From assembly GCA_900128395.1 (NCBI GenBank), contig LT649241.1, positions 1 to 64,000 of the forward strand: DNA of 64,000 bases. The letters are read 5' to 3'. Source of the stretch: Stramenopiles sp. TOSAG23-2. Its lineage: Eukaryota. Positions 1 through 10,825 of this stretch are shown in pieces (position 1 is the stretch's first letter; every line of letters starts with the position of its first letter). A program made the position numbers and the translations under genes. Below the pieces are notes generated by a model. It did no database searches and was not told where the DNA came from. It saw nothing but the letters and a program-made list of their open reading frames with translations.

Positions 1-2
1 TT

Positions 3-653
3 TTGACAGAAGAAAAAGGACATTTTGAAAATGTGCTAAAGGAAATGAGAAAATTTTGCATGCTTACGTCGATGAAAAAGAAGAAGAAAGATTGTATTGA
101 CAACTTGGAACTTAAATTAGTAAATCAACTTATTGGTGAACGTGCAACATTTAAACATGCAATTGATTATGGTCAAAAACACATAGCAGAAGGATATATG
201 ATAATTGCAAATGTAGATATCTATTTCGACGATTCGCTAAAATTTATTGCATATAATTCCAAAGTAGCAATTAATGATGAAACATATTTAAATAAAAAAT
301 GCTATGCATTATTACGTTATGAATGTTTAAATGGAACGCCTGGTGATGTAGAATCAATTAAAAAAATAAATATAAGAAGTGATAGCCAAGACGCATGGAT
401 CATGCCCATACCATTTATTTTCAATACATCAAATGCTAATTTTTATTTTGGTAAAGTTGGTGCGGATAATTCTTTCATACATTTATTACGTGATCAAAAT
501 ATTCATGTGTCCTCCCCATCGTTGACTATCCGTACATCTCATTTGCATAGGATCAAAGGAAGTCGAACATATTCACATTTAGATCATGTATCCTTTTTAC
601 CGAGTCAAATAAAAAGTAGTCCATATGTGAAAGTAGGATATCGTTTGTATTGA
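3..653 (+). CDS. 5'-partial protein, putative glycosyltransferase-like
   Basis: Open from the window edge; motifs IIANVDIYFDD, SDSQDAWI, FGKVGADN and a C-terminal HLH resemble GT-A-like proteins of unknown function. Confidence 0.45.
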   Translation: MTEEKGHFENVLKEMRKFCMLTSMKKKKKDCIDNLELKLVNQLIGERATFKHAIDYGQKHIAEGYMIIANVDIYFDDSLKFIAYNSKVAINDETYLNKKCYALLRYECLNGTPGDVESIKKINIRSDSQDAWIMPIPFIFNTSNANFYFGKVGADNSFIHLLRDQNIHVSSPSLTIRTSHLHRIKGSRTYSHLDHVSFLPSQIKSSPYVKVGYRLY

Positions 654-795
654 AGAGAAGTGTTGCAACAAGATTTGGTAATTTTCAGAGAGATGTATTG
701 TTTTTAGTGTGTGCGTGTGGAGATAAAATCTAAAATTTGACAAAAAATACGAGTAACATTTTTTGTAAAATATGCGGGGGGGGAAATATAATTTT

Positions 796-1086
796 TTACT
801 CTCTTCCTTCAAGCTTTTTGACCTTGTTTAGTTCATTTAGAAGCTCGCTTGTCAATTTTTTTTGTTCCTCTTTTTCTTTTTCTAATTTTTTAATTTGTTC
901 TTTTAAAATGTCGATTTCTGTAAGTTTCCTGTCAGTAAATGTCGCTTGTTGTAGCAATGTGTTCTGGCTAATTTCATAATCATCCTTTATATCTTCAAAT
1001 TTGTCCTGAAGTTCACTTTTTACCTTTTTAAAATTTTCACTGCGTTGTGATGCTACTGATAACCATCCATTACTGTTTTCAGGTGA
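796..1086 (-). pseudogene. 3' fragment of a coiled-coil protein gene with no 5' end
   Basis: Charged heptad-like C-terminus (KEQIKKLEKEKEEQKKL); the upstream part of the ORF is only the antisense of the neighbouring repeat. Confidence 0.4.
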
Positions 1087-1785
1087 TGGATATTTAATAG
1101 TCGTAAGAAAAAACATAATCGATTGATTGTACAAAAATTTATTTATCGTATGAAAAATATAACTATATCAAGAACACTACGACGTTGGATGGAATATGTA
1201 TCAGAAACTAAAAATGCTCGATGGTGTATAAATTCCAAAGCATATATGGTAAAAGAAAAACATCAAAAAGCAATATGTACACGATTTGTAAAAGTATGGC
1301 AAAATAAGAAATTGATGAAATTATTTAATACATGGATATTTAATAGTCGTAAGAAAAAACATAATCGATTGATTGTACAAAAATTTATTTATCGTATGAA
1401 AAATATAACTGTAACAAGAACACTACGACGTTGGATAGAATATGTATCAGAAACTAAAAATGCTCGATCATTAGTCCATCGTGTAGTAAAAACATTTAAA
1501 CATAAAAGTATGTCAATGGGCTATAAGAAGTGGTTACAATATACAATAGAACAGAGAAATAATGAATCCTTGGAAAAAATGAAAATGTTATATGAGATTA
1601 AAGTTGGTCATTATAAAGAATGGAGTGTAAAATGGATGCAAAAATCACACGAATCTCTGGAGCTGGCAAATCACTTGAAAGGTGACTTGGATGAAATCCA
1701 CAGCAATATGCCCTCAATATATGACTTTATGGTTCAAGGTGGCAAATTGTCGATTGAAAAAAATGAAAATATAGAATTAGAATAA
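1087..1785 (+). CDS. 5'-truncated Sfi1-like (W-repeat) protein
   Basis: Repeated RRWxEY, FNTW and YKKW motifs; WIFNSRKKKHNRLIVQKFIYRMKNIT occurs twice; the frame begins right after TGA at 1084-1086 with no initiator. Confidence 0.5.
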   Translation, partial: WIFNSRKKKHNRLIVQKFIYRMKNITISRTLRRWMEYVSETKNARWCINSKAYMVKEKHQKAICTRFVKVWQNKKLMKLFNTWIFNSRKKKHNRLIVQKFIYRMKNITVTRTLRRWIEYVSETKNARSLVHRVVKTFKHKSMSMGYKKWLQYTIEQRNNESLEKMKMLYEIKVGHYKEWSVKWMQKSHESLELANHLKGDLDEIHSNMPSIYDFMVQGGKLSIEKNENIELE

Positions 1786-1925
1786 AAAGACATTTATGTG
1801 TGTTTTATTTAGAAATATATGTTTTCGTAGAGTAAAATATTTATAAGCTTTATACACAACAACTTTCGTGCCAGTGTGTATATATTTTAATCCGAATTTA
1901 TATACACTTGTCCTTTTTAATATTT

Positions 1926-2543
1926 TTACATTTTGCTTTTAGACGTGAATGATGGATGTTGCTTCACAATTATGTGAGTAGCTTCTGCTTCTGAAAAAAT
2001 TTGACCTGTGTCACCATTTGATAAAGTTGCTTTGATTGTTATTTTACGACCAACAATTTTTTCTAACCAAGCTTCAGCTCTGAAAACGCCTGGCACAGGT
2101 CTTGCGGGTGCTTTCATACGTGTTGTTAATGTGCCAGTGGGAGCAGGTTTTGGTTGTGCACTTGCACAAGTCATAGCACATAAAAAATCAAAAACACTTG
2201 CTTGGGCACCACCTTGTCCTGTGCCTAAACTATTTCTACCATTCGAGGTATACGGTCCAAAATATACAGCCATTAAAATGCGTTGCCTATCTTTTGATAT
2301 CATTAATTCACAATGAAATGGTGATGTACGCCCCATAAGATAATGCATTTGACCACCACTAGATTCTCTTTGTTTCATTGGCACTTTTGTCCAACCTTCT
2401 GGTTCATGCTTTACATTTTGATACCATTTACATTGTTCAAATTGCTTTTTTGCATGTTTATCAAATTCTTCATAATATTGTTTCACCGCATCCGGAATGG
2501 CATATTTTTCCAAATCAGATATATCATCCATTGACGTAGACAT
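1926..2543 (-). CDS. Hotdog-fold thioesterase (THEM4/PaaI-like) with PTS1-like SKM end
   Basis: QGGAQASVFD resembles the HGG..A..D motif, followed by TGTLTTRMKAP and GRKITIKATL; likely start MSTSMDD at 2543. Confidence 0.7.
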   Translation of the reverse strand: MSTSMDDISDLEKYAIPDAVKQYYEEFDKHAKKQFEQCKWYQNVKHEPEGWTKVPMKQRESSGGQMHYLMGRTSPFHCELMISKDRQRILMAVYFGPYTSNGRNSLGTGQGGAQASVFDFLCAMTCASAQPKPAPTGTLTTRMKAPARPVPGVFRAEAWLEKIVGRKITIKATLSNGDTGQIFSEAEATHIIVKQHPSFTSKSKM

Positions 2544-3126
2544 GATTACATATAAATACAAATAAATAAATATACAATACGAAACAATAATATGATACTG
2601 ATGCATGAAAAGAATTTTGTATCTCCGCTATTACATCACATATCTTTTTTATATATTTAAAATAAAAATATAAAAAAAAAAATAATAAATAAAAAAAAAT
2701 TTCAGCAGAGTTTTTTTGGTGTAAAAACCTTAAACCAAATAGCATGAGAATAGCACTTCAAAAAATACAATGCTATGTGCCTGCCAGCCTGCCGCCACCC
2801 AGTTCCCGTCTTCAGTATATATTTAATTTCAGCTCATTCAACTATATCATCAGATTTACCTGGTTGAGATGGATTGTTTTTTTAATAGTGTGCTGTGTTA
2901 TTTTTTACACATTTTTTCGAAAAAAATAATATAAAATTGTTGTAAAGATATATACATATACATATCAAATAGATACCGGGATACATAACAATTAGAAAAG
3001 AAACAATAAGAGATACGGGATAGATAAATAACCAAGCATCATTTAGAACAAGTTGAACACAAAAAAAAGTACAAGGTATATCAGAAAGTAACGAGAAACA
3101 AGTTTATATATCCAACAAAACAGAAC

Positions 3127-4737
3127 ATGAAATTCACAGCAACTGTTTTCCTGCTTGCGGTGCTTTGTGGCGCAGCTGCTGCTGCAACATCAGTTACATT
3201 GATACAAACTGCTGAAACTATACCGTCAAAAGATCATCCAGATCGTTTAGCAAAATACGTATATAATATTTCTGATACAAAAAAAGCAGATCGTATGACG
3301 TTAAAGGTTGATTTGGATACAAAATATCAAACACTTAAAGGTTTTGGTGGTGCCTTTACAGATTCTGTTGCACATGTATTTTCCCAATTGAATTCCAAGT
3401 TACAGGAAGAAGTTTTAGAAGCAATGTGGGGAGAAACCGGTCAAAAATATAATTTAGCACGTTTAACAGTTGGTGGTACAGATTTTTCTGTTGATGTGTA
3501 TAATTACAATGAGAAACCAAATGATTTTGATCAAGAAAATTTCACTATTAAACATGATACGGAATTAATTATTCCATTAATACACCAAGCGCAAAAAAAA
3601 GCGGCAGAGACGTCAGATAAATTAGAATTTTTATCTAGTTCATGGTCACCTCCTGGATGGATGAAAAGGGCGTGGTTGGCTAATAAAGGATATATGAGAA
3701 ATTCCGCAAAACCAGGTATGCTTGATGATCCAAAAATGTATAAATCATATGCTTTGTACTTTTCAAAATATTTAACAGAATATAAAAAGCAAGGTATAAA
3801 TATATCAATGATGACGATACAAAATGAACCAGATAGTGCTGATCATATGTTTCCAGTTGCGTATCCAGCATGTAATTTCAATGGAACAGGGGAAGGGGAA
3901 TATTTACTTAATTATTTAGGTCCACAAATACGAAAAGATCATCCTGATGTAAAAATTTTTGTACATGACGGTCAAAAGTTTCACGATGTGCCAATATTAA
4001 CCAGAGTGGATGCTATTATCGAAGCAGCCGGCGGGGATTATAAATACATCGATGGAGTTGCGTTTCATTGGTATGGTGATAATTTGAACAATTATCAATA
4101 TTTAAAAGCATTAAATGAGAAACATCCTAATTTATCGTTGATGGCAACTGAAGCAACGTTAGAAGCACCTGGACGTCAAACTATTGGCACATCGCCTTGG
4201 AAGGAGGCGCAGAAATATGCTGTTGATATTATCGGTGATTTAAATGAAAATACAGAAGGATGGATTGAATGGAATGTGTTGTTAGATTCAAAAGGTGGCC
4301 CGACGTGTATTGGTCCTACCAATAATGAATTTTGCACACCACTCGTTGGACATTGCGATGCACCAATTCTTGCTGATACAAAAAAACAAACATTGGAATA
4401 TCGTGATACATTTTGGATCATGGCACATTTCAGTCGTTTTATCCCACGTGGATCTGTAAGGGTAAGCATGACAAATGATACAGAAACAGGATTGAAATTT
4501 ACAAGTTTTGTTACACCTGACAACGTTTTAGTTATGGTAATCGTCAATACTCAAGATAACCATTTGGAACATTATCAAATCAATGTTAATGATAAATATG
4601 TCCACATTCCAATAATTCATTCACATAGCATACAAACTGTTTTGTATGATTTGAAAACAACAAAAGAAGAAAAAGACGAGAAGAAGAAGAAACATGAAGA
4701 GGAAAAGTTGTTGTCACATCGTAGTAGTGAACAGTAA
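3127..4737 (+). CDS. GBA: Glycoside hydrolase family 30 (glucosylceramidase-like), secreted or lysosomal
   Basis: Signal peptide; YQTLKGFGGAFTD, WSPPGWMK, IQNEP (acid/base), GVAFHWY, ATEA (nucleophile), HFSRFI. Confidence 0.93.
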   Translation: MKFTATVFLLAVLCGAAAAATSVTLIQTAETIPSKDHPDRLAKYVYNISDTKKADRMTLKVDLDTKYQTLKGFGGAFTDSVAHVFSQLNSKLQEEVLEAMWGETGQKYNLARLTVGGTDFSVDVYNYNEKPNDFDQENFTIKHDTELIIPLIHQAQKKAAETSDKLEFLSSSWSPPGWMKRAWLANKGYMRNSAKPGMLDDPKMYKSYALYFSKYLTEYKKQGINISMMTIQNEPDSADHMFPVAYPACNFNGTGEGEYLLNYLGPQIRKDHPDVKIFVHDGQKFHDVPILTRVDAIIEAAGGDYKYIDGVAFHWYGDNLNNYQYLKALNEKHPNLSLMATEATLEAPGRQTIGTSPWKEAQKYAVDIIGDLNENTEGWIEWNVLLDSKGGPTCIGPTNNEFCTPLVGHCDAPILADTKKQTLEYRDTFWIMAHFSRFIPRGSVRVSMTNDTETGLKFTSFVTPDNVLVMVIVNTQDNHLEHYQINVNDKYVHIPIIHSHSIQTVLYDLKTTKEEKDEKKKKHEEEKLLSHRSSEQ

Positions 4738-5032
4738 AAATATATATATATTTAATATAATATGAATTAAAAATTTACACAAGAGCAATACGACACCGTG
4801 TGGTTAAAATACACAATACACTCTCCCTAAAGACCAACACACAAGTTTCATAATCCTTTGAGAAGTTTTCAATTAGACCTCTTTGGGGAAAAGAACCAAT
4901 TAATATTCTAATAATAATATATACAGTAATAGAAAATTAAATAATAATAAACACACACACAATAATACAAATTTCTCAACACCAGAAAAAAGAATTAACA
5001 ATAATACATATATGTATACTAATTTATCAAAC

Positions 5033-5641
5033 ATGCACTTCTTATCATCATTGTACATTACATTTTTCATTTTATATATTGCCATATTATTTACTTGCCA
5101 TGGATTAGAATTTCATGGAAAAGTTCCATATCAAGAATTATGGGAGCAAGAAGTTGAATTGCCTAGGTTTGATGAAAGGCATGTAGTTAATGAACATGAC
5201 GGTACGACTGAATCTGTTGTGTTGCTTGTCCAACTTAGGCCACGAGACGAACGGATTGATGATGCTGACCTTATCATAACTAATTGTGATGTAAAAAATA
5301 TATGGAGTGATAATATTGGATATTCCTATAGTTATAGTGACGAAGTTGTAATTGTAAAGATTGATGACTTGTCACATGTTTGTCTTCATGTTTGGGGAAA
5401 TAAGCGAAAACATATTTCATCTTTTTCCGTATCAGCTCATTTAAAAACGGAAGAAGAAGCTTTAGACTATCAAATGGGTGGTGCTAAGAATAATATAAAT
5501 AGCTACATCGATGATTCTATGGACTCTTCGTATTCTTCTTCATTTGATGATACGAAGAATAGTTATCAACAAGATGATACATCAAATATATTGGAAGTGA
5601 TTTTGAATATAATAGTTGAAATAGTAAAATTTGTTGCTTAA
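5033..5641 (+). CDS. Hypothetical secreted or membrane protein
   Basis: N-terminal hydrophobic signal, acidic globular region and hydrophobic C-terminal helix. Confidence 0.55.
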   Translation: MHFLSSLYITFFILYIAILFTCHGLEFHGKVPYQELWEQEVELPRFDERHVVNEHDGTTESVVLLVQLRPRDERIDDADLIITNCDVKNIWSDNIGYSYSYSDEVVIVKIDDLSHVCLHVWGNKRKHISSFSVSAHLKTEEEALDYQMGGAKNNINSYIDDSMDSSYSSSFDDTKNSYQQDDTSNILEVILNIIVEIVKFVA

Positions 5642-5828
5642 CAATAATATTTTTGTAATACATACGCGCGTAAATATAATTAACGTACTGCTGTGCATTT
5701 TTATGAGATATACTTCGTATTCAAAAAAAAGAAAGTAATAAACACTACGTCACATTTATCTCTATAATATTAAACACATACTTTTCTCTCCACACACACT
5801 CTCTAGTCTCTTTTACCACACTCTATCT

Positions 5829-6716
5829 CTACAATTTACTTTGTTCAATCAATAATGGTTGTTGCTCCTCCAAGAATCCATAAAAAATAAAAAAATGAAA
5901 TGGAGGAAATTGTTTTAATGGCTCCACACCAGAATATTCTCCAGAATAATTGATCAATAATTCTTCCATTTCATATATGATATCTTTACAAGAAATGAAA
6001 TCTAATGTATTTTTTTCTTCATTGAATTTCCATTGTAATTTTTCATCGTTGTTACCACCATGATTCATTAAATCACCAAATGGAACTAATACGGCTCTAC
6101 CACCATTTATATATGCTGAATTTTGTACAAAAAAATTTCGAGAATTAACCATAGACCAACCATATATATATTCTTCTAATGTGAATAATGGATTATCTAT
6201 TATTGTAAATCCTAATTTAATGTCTTCATATTCTTGTTTTAACTCTTTTTGCAATAATTTTACATGTTTTTGTATTACATTATAATCGTTATTTACATTT
6301 CGTTCATTTTTTACAAAAAATTCATTCATATCTATCGCTTCTTTTAATTTTGTTGAATTCCAAAATAAAGGAAAAAAAGAATATGCCTCCTTTAAAGTTG
6401 GAAGTGTTGTTGTATATGGTGTTTTATTAAACTTTTTTTTCATATTATTCAAATGAAATGCTAGATATATGGCAAGATACGACTCTGATGGTAACTTTAC
6501 ATGTAATTTATCAAAATTATATTTATATTCTTTTAATATTTCCAAGCCATTTGATTGTGATATTAAAATATCATTTGGTATTGAAAAGACTAATTCATTT
6601 TTATATATTTTGTCCAACGTAAACAATCCACGTCCAATTGGTCCATTTTTCACTACAACTTTTGATGATACGTATCCATCTTTATGGTTGGTTATATATT
6701 TCCTCAATTCCTCCAT
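5829..6716 (-). CDS. SET-domain lysine methyltransferase (SETD3/LSMT-like) ending in SKL
   Basis: GRGLF, VNSRNF, LVPFGDLMNH, ELLINY and YGF motifs. Confidence 0.88.
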   Translation of the reverse strand: MEELRKYITNHKDGYVSSKVVVKNGPIGRGLFTLDKIYKNELVFSIPNDILISQSNGLEILKEYKYNFDKLHVKLPSESYLAIYLAFHLNNMKKKFNKTPYTTTLPTLKEAYSFFPLFWNSTKLKEAIDMNEFFVKNERNVNNDYNVIQKHVKLLQKELKQEYEDIKLGFTIIDNPLFTLEEYIYGWSMVNSRNFFVQNSAYINGGRAVLVPFGDLMNHGGNNDEKLQWKFNEEKNTLDFISCKDIIYEMEELLINYSGEYSGVEPLKQFPPFHFFIFYGFLEEQQPLLIEQSKL

Positions 6717-6903
6717 CGTTCGTTTTGGTTATTACTATTACGTTTATATGTATATCATTTATTCAACAATGATGATAAATCTATGTACATAAATCTGTAT
6801 AAACATCCGATAATGCAACCTAAATGCTAATCGCGCACCACCTACCAATTATCAATTTTTTATTAATTATATTATCTAAAAAATTATAACCCAAAAGATA
6901 GTT

Positions 6904-7377
6904 TTTTCTAAAGTTGGGCATTTTGTAAGACTTTTGTCCTATATCTTCAGTAGTATAAATATAGTAGTCTATAGTATATGTAATAATTTTTAGATAAACT
7001 GTAAAAATATACCGAAATTGTCTGAAAAACAGTATATTTTAGCTATATTACAGTACTAATTTAGTTAAAAATACAGTATATTGTATAATATATTGACAAA
7101 ATATAGAAAAATTTATCCTATGTGTAAAATGGCTGGTCTGATCTTTTTGGCTGCCATATATAATATACAAAATTTTCTAAAAGTGGGCATTTTGTAAGAC
7201 ATTTTGCCTATATCTTCAGTAGTATAAATTATAGTAGTCTATAGTATATGAAATAATTTTTAGATAACTGTAAAAATATACCGAAATTGTCTGAAAAACA
7301 GTCTATTTTAGCTATATTATAGTACTAATTTAGTTAAAAATACAGTATATATTGTATAATATATTGACAAAATATAG
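6904..7377. repeat. Imperfect direct repeat, two copies of about 203 bp (6904-7106, 7173-7377)
   Basis: Both copies run from ttttctaaa.tgggcattttgtaagac to atattgacaaaatatag with scattered substitutions and indels. Confidence 0.9.
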
Positions 7378-7737
7378 TGGGGTAGTAGTGAAAAGTGACT
7401 ACATACATATTAGCATATAAATACAGGGTAAAAACGTGATTTTTAAAAACGAGTAGGTGTCAAAAATATAGAACCCTCAAATAATTAATATGCACGTGAT
7501 AACTATCTATTTGAAATCTACTTTTTTGATACATGTGCAATAATAATTATGATTTACATGTATCATTGTAAACAATATACCATTTTTTTTGTAAACAATA
7601 TACATTCTTGAAACAAAATGAATTAACATGCCAAAATATTTGAATTAAATCTCCTTTGGAATACATTTTAATCATAAAATAGCTGCATATATACTTGTTT
7701 TTACAACAACAGCCTCTAGCAACACATTAGTTGGAGA

Positions 7738-8820
7738 ATGTCATCACCAATGTCATCGCCATTAAAAAAAAAAAATAGGGTAACACAGAACAAAAATTAT
7801 TATCAAAAGGAGAAAGAAGCTAAAAAACTAGAACGAATAAAGGCAGCAAAAGCTATATTGAAGGATTACAAAGAATGGAACATACATGAATTGGATGTGG
7901 TTGACGTTCCACAGGTACAATTTAAAGTTAAAGAAATGGTTAAAGCAAATGGTTGGAAATGGGTTGTGCCAAAAAGCACAAAGACAGCGGCCCAATGTAT
8001 TGATCGATCACATGCTGATTGCAACGGCAAAATATTATGGCATAAATATGAGGATGTATACATATTAAAATCTTTTACACCATGCAATCATGGCGTGGAG
8101 TTCGATCGGATTAGTAGGAATTGTTTAACTAGCGCTAAAGCACTTGTTAAACATATCAATAATCATTTAAAAGAGGACCCAAAAATCAAAACTCGAAGTT
8201 TAGTAACAATTCTTAATAATAATGATAACACAAAAAAGTATATTACTGATAAACATCAAGCGTTTGGTAGCGGCCCGGAAGATCAGATACAAACAAATTA
8301 ATGACATATATACAAAACCAGGTATTTGAAGTCAAACAAAATGAAAACAGTGAAAAAGTTGTGACAAATCCATTTTGGAAATCATTTTTTGATGAAAATT
8401 GTATTGATTGGATGGAAATAACATCACATGGAATATGTAAATTAGCAAAATTGTATACCAGTACAAGATCATTAAAATTTTTAATACCAAATGGTATTTG
8501 TGATGCTGCATCTACAAAACCCCTTGGTGAAAGAGATTCATTGGGTAAGCTATATACATATATAATGCAAGATGGTAATCATAATATCCACTTGGGTGCC
8601 ATTGGGCATGGAGGAACAGAAAGTAACACAGAATGGTGGTTTTTCCTGCATCGCGTTTTGAAAGTGTGTTTTAAAATGTTTGGCAATAATTTCAACATCT
8701 TTAGTGATGACAATGGCCAATACTGATACTGATGCTGTCCAATAAGAGTGGATATGGAAGCATCAAATGCATCAATCAAGGATTGGTTATGCATGTCATC
8801 TGGCATGTGTACATATATTT
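7738..8820 (+). mobile_element. Degenerate Mutator/MULE transposase (frameshifted, truncated)
   Basis: ORF 7738-8301 has a MuDR-like C..C..H zinc region; ORF 8301-8726 has MULE core motifs ICDAAS, QDGNHNIHLGAIG, ESNTEWWFFL and FNIFSDD; a GYACHL remnant follows in another frame. Confidence 0.78.
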
Positions 8821-9160
8821 ACTATGTGCTATATCTGGCTATCCTGATACCTCTGTACTAATGTTTGGGGTACTGATTAGGTTATTATTAATGCTGCTTT
8901 CATGCTAATAATATAGTCTGTGTCGATATAAAATGCCGTACGCACATACGCACGAACCAGGTATTCCAATAATATATTTCATACGAGGAATATGAAACAG
9001 CAATATCCTTAATTCGATATCATAGCAACCATACTTATAGTTTCTATTTCTTCTTCATGATGATATAATATAAAGGGAATATATCAACAACAACAAAATA
9101 AAGAAAGATAGTTTTATACGTTTTTTTTCGGTACATTGTTGTCTATGTAAAACACACAGG

Positions 9161-10048
9161 ATGGGGTGGTTGAGTTACTTTTCCAGCTGTTGCCCATTTG
9201 GATGCTTTTGTTGTTTTGTCCCTCAAGCACCAGTTGGTACAAAAGTACCGGAAGAAATAACTGTAGTAAATTTAAATTTACCCGTAAAAATTAGCAGTGG
9301 AAATTTGATTCATAATAAATATGTTCGAGTTGTATTGATAAGTGATACACATGGTAGGCATGAAGAGTTAGGAGAATTACCAGATGGATATATTTTGATT
9401 CATTGTGGAGACTTTGTTCCAAATTATAAACGTTGTACAGTTGTAAATATCGAAGAATTTGATGCTTGGCTTGGTACACAGTCTGATAAATTCAAGCATA
9501 CATATGTTTGTTGTGGAAATCATGAAGTTTTATTGGATAATGGAGGAACAGCGACACCATCTGTGACCCTCAAAAATGCAAAGTGGTTGGATGGATCAAA
9601 AGTTATCGAGGTATGTAATTTGAAAATTTGGGGTGCACCATATCGACCTCGGCGTGGATGCGCGTATAGAGCTGAAGCATTTGGACGTTCATTAAAATTT
9701 ATTAAAAATTTTTGGGAAGAAAATCTTGAATCAAATTTAGATGTGGTAATAACACATGGACCACCCTATGGTGTGTTAGATTTAGAACCTGTCGGACATA
9801 TAGGGGATTGGTATTTATTAGATCAAATTGCAAATTATGCAAAGCCTTCCTTACATGCATTTGGTCATGTTCATCATTGTTACGGTGGTCGAAAATATAA
9901 AAATACATTATTTGTAAATGCTTCATCATGCAGTGGCGATCGTGTCGTACATGGGTTGAATAAGCCTGTCGTTGTGGATTTGTTTCCAAAAAAATTAATG
10001 TCGAATGTTGTTGCTAAAATGGAAGAGATTGAAGTTGATGGTGTTTAA
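9161..10048 (+). CDS. Calcineurin-like metallophosphoesterase (MPPED1/239FB-like)
   Basis: ISDTH, IHCGD, GNHE, ITHGPP and FGHVH motifs; MG plus Cys-rich N-terminus. Confidence 0.92.
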   Translation: MGWLSYFSSCCPFGCFCCFVPQAPVGTKVPEEITVVNLNLPVKISSGNLIHNKYVRVVLISDTHGRHEELGELPDGYILIHCGDFVPNYKRCTVVNIEEFDAWLGTQSDKFKHTYVCCGNHEVLLDNGGTATPSVTLKNAKWLDGSKVIEVCNLKIWGAPYRPRRGCAYRAEAFGRSLKFIKNFWEENLESNLDVVITHGPPYGVLDLEPVGHIGDWYLLDQIANYAKPSLHAFGHVHHCYGGRKYKNTLFVNASSCSGDRVVHGLNKPVVVDLFPKKLMSNVVAKMEEIEVDGV

Positions 10049-10340
10049 AATATTTACGATTCGTAATATACAGCACAGAGAGGAATATACACTCTATAAT
10101 ACGAATATAAAATTTATTTTTAAGCACTTAACACACAATTAACAATGTGCCAATCTAAATCTAAAAAATCATTTTTCTAAAATCGATAGAGATTTTAATT
10201 CGGGTCGGCCAGAGAGGCTCTGACACTTTTCCTTTCATGTTAAAAGGACATCTACTATGATTTTACATACGAATATCATGGTCAACCAACATTATTATAT
10301 TGTGGATATTTTTATACTACCCTGCACTTTTTGCAACCTG

Positions 10341-10515
10341 GTACTAATTTAGTATACTAATTTATATATATTTGATAGGAAGATCTTGGATATTACAAAA
10401 AATCCAAAAATATCCAATAGTTATTTTGATGAATATACTAAGAATATCCGATTGTTTGTGTAATATCCAATACCTCTCTATCAAATATATATAAAATAGT
10501 ATACTAAATTAGCAC
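10341..10515. repeat. Hairpin/MITE-like element with 57-bp inverted arms (51/57 paired) and a 61-nt loop
   Basis: 10341-10397 is the imperfect reverse complement of 10459-10515; it shares TTAGTATACTA..TTGATAGGAA with the 36916 element. Confidence 0.85.
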
Positions 10516-10825
10516 TTAAATTATACCCGGTTTTGAAATTCCACGAACAATAATCCTCCTCCTATAAATCTTATAATTTTACAAGGATAAATATAAATAT
10601 ATATTCATTCCGACGAAGAATTAAAATTATTTTATTAATAAATGTGCACATGTAGGTTCCATATAAGAATCGCATCTAATTAGAAATGAGAATAAATATA
10701 TATCTACATAATATAAATTTATTGATTATATAATACCGGAATACTGGAATAATTAAAAAGCACATACTTCACACAATAATCAATACTTCTACTACTTCCT
10801 TTATCTAAAAATAAACAAAACAATT

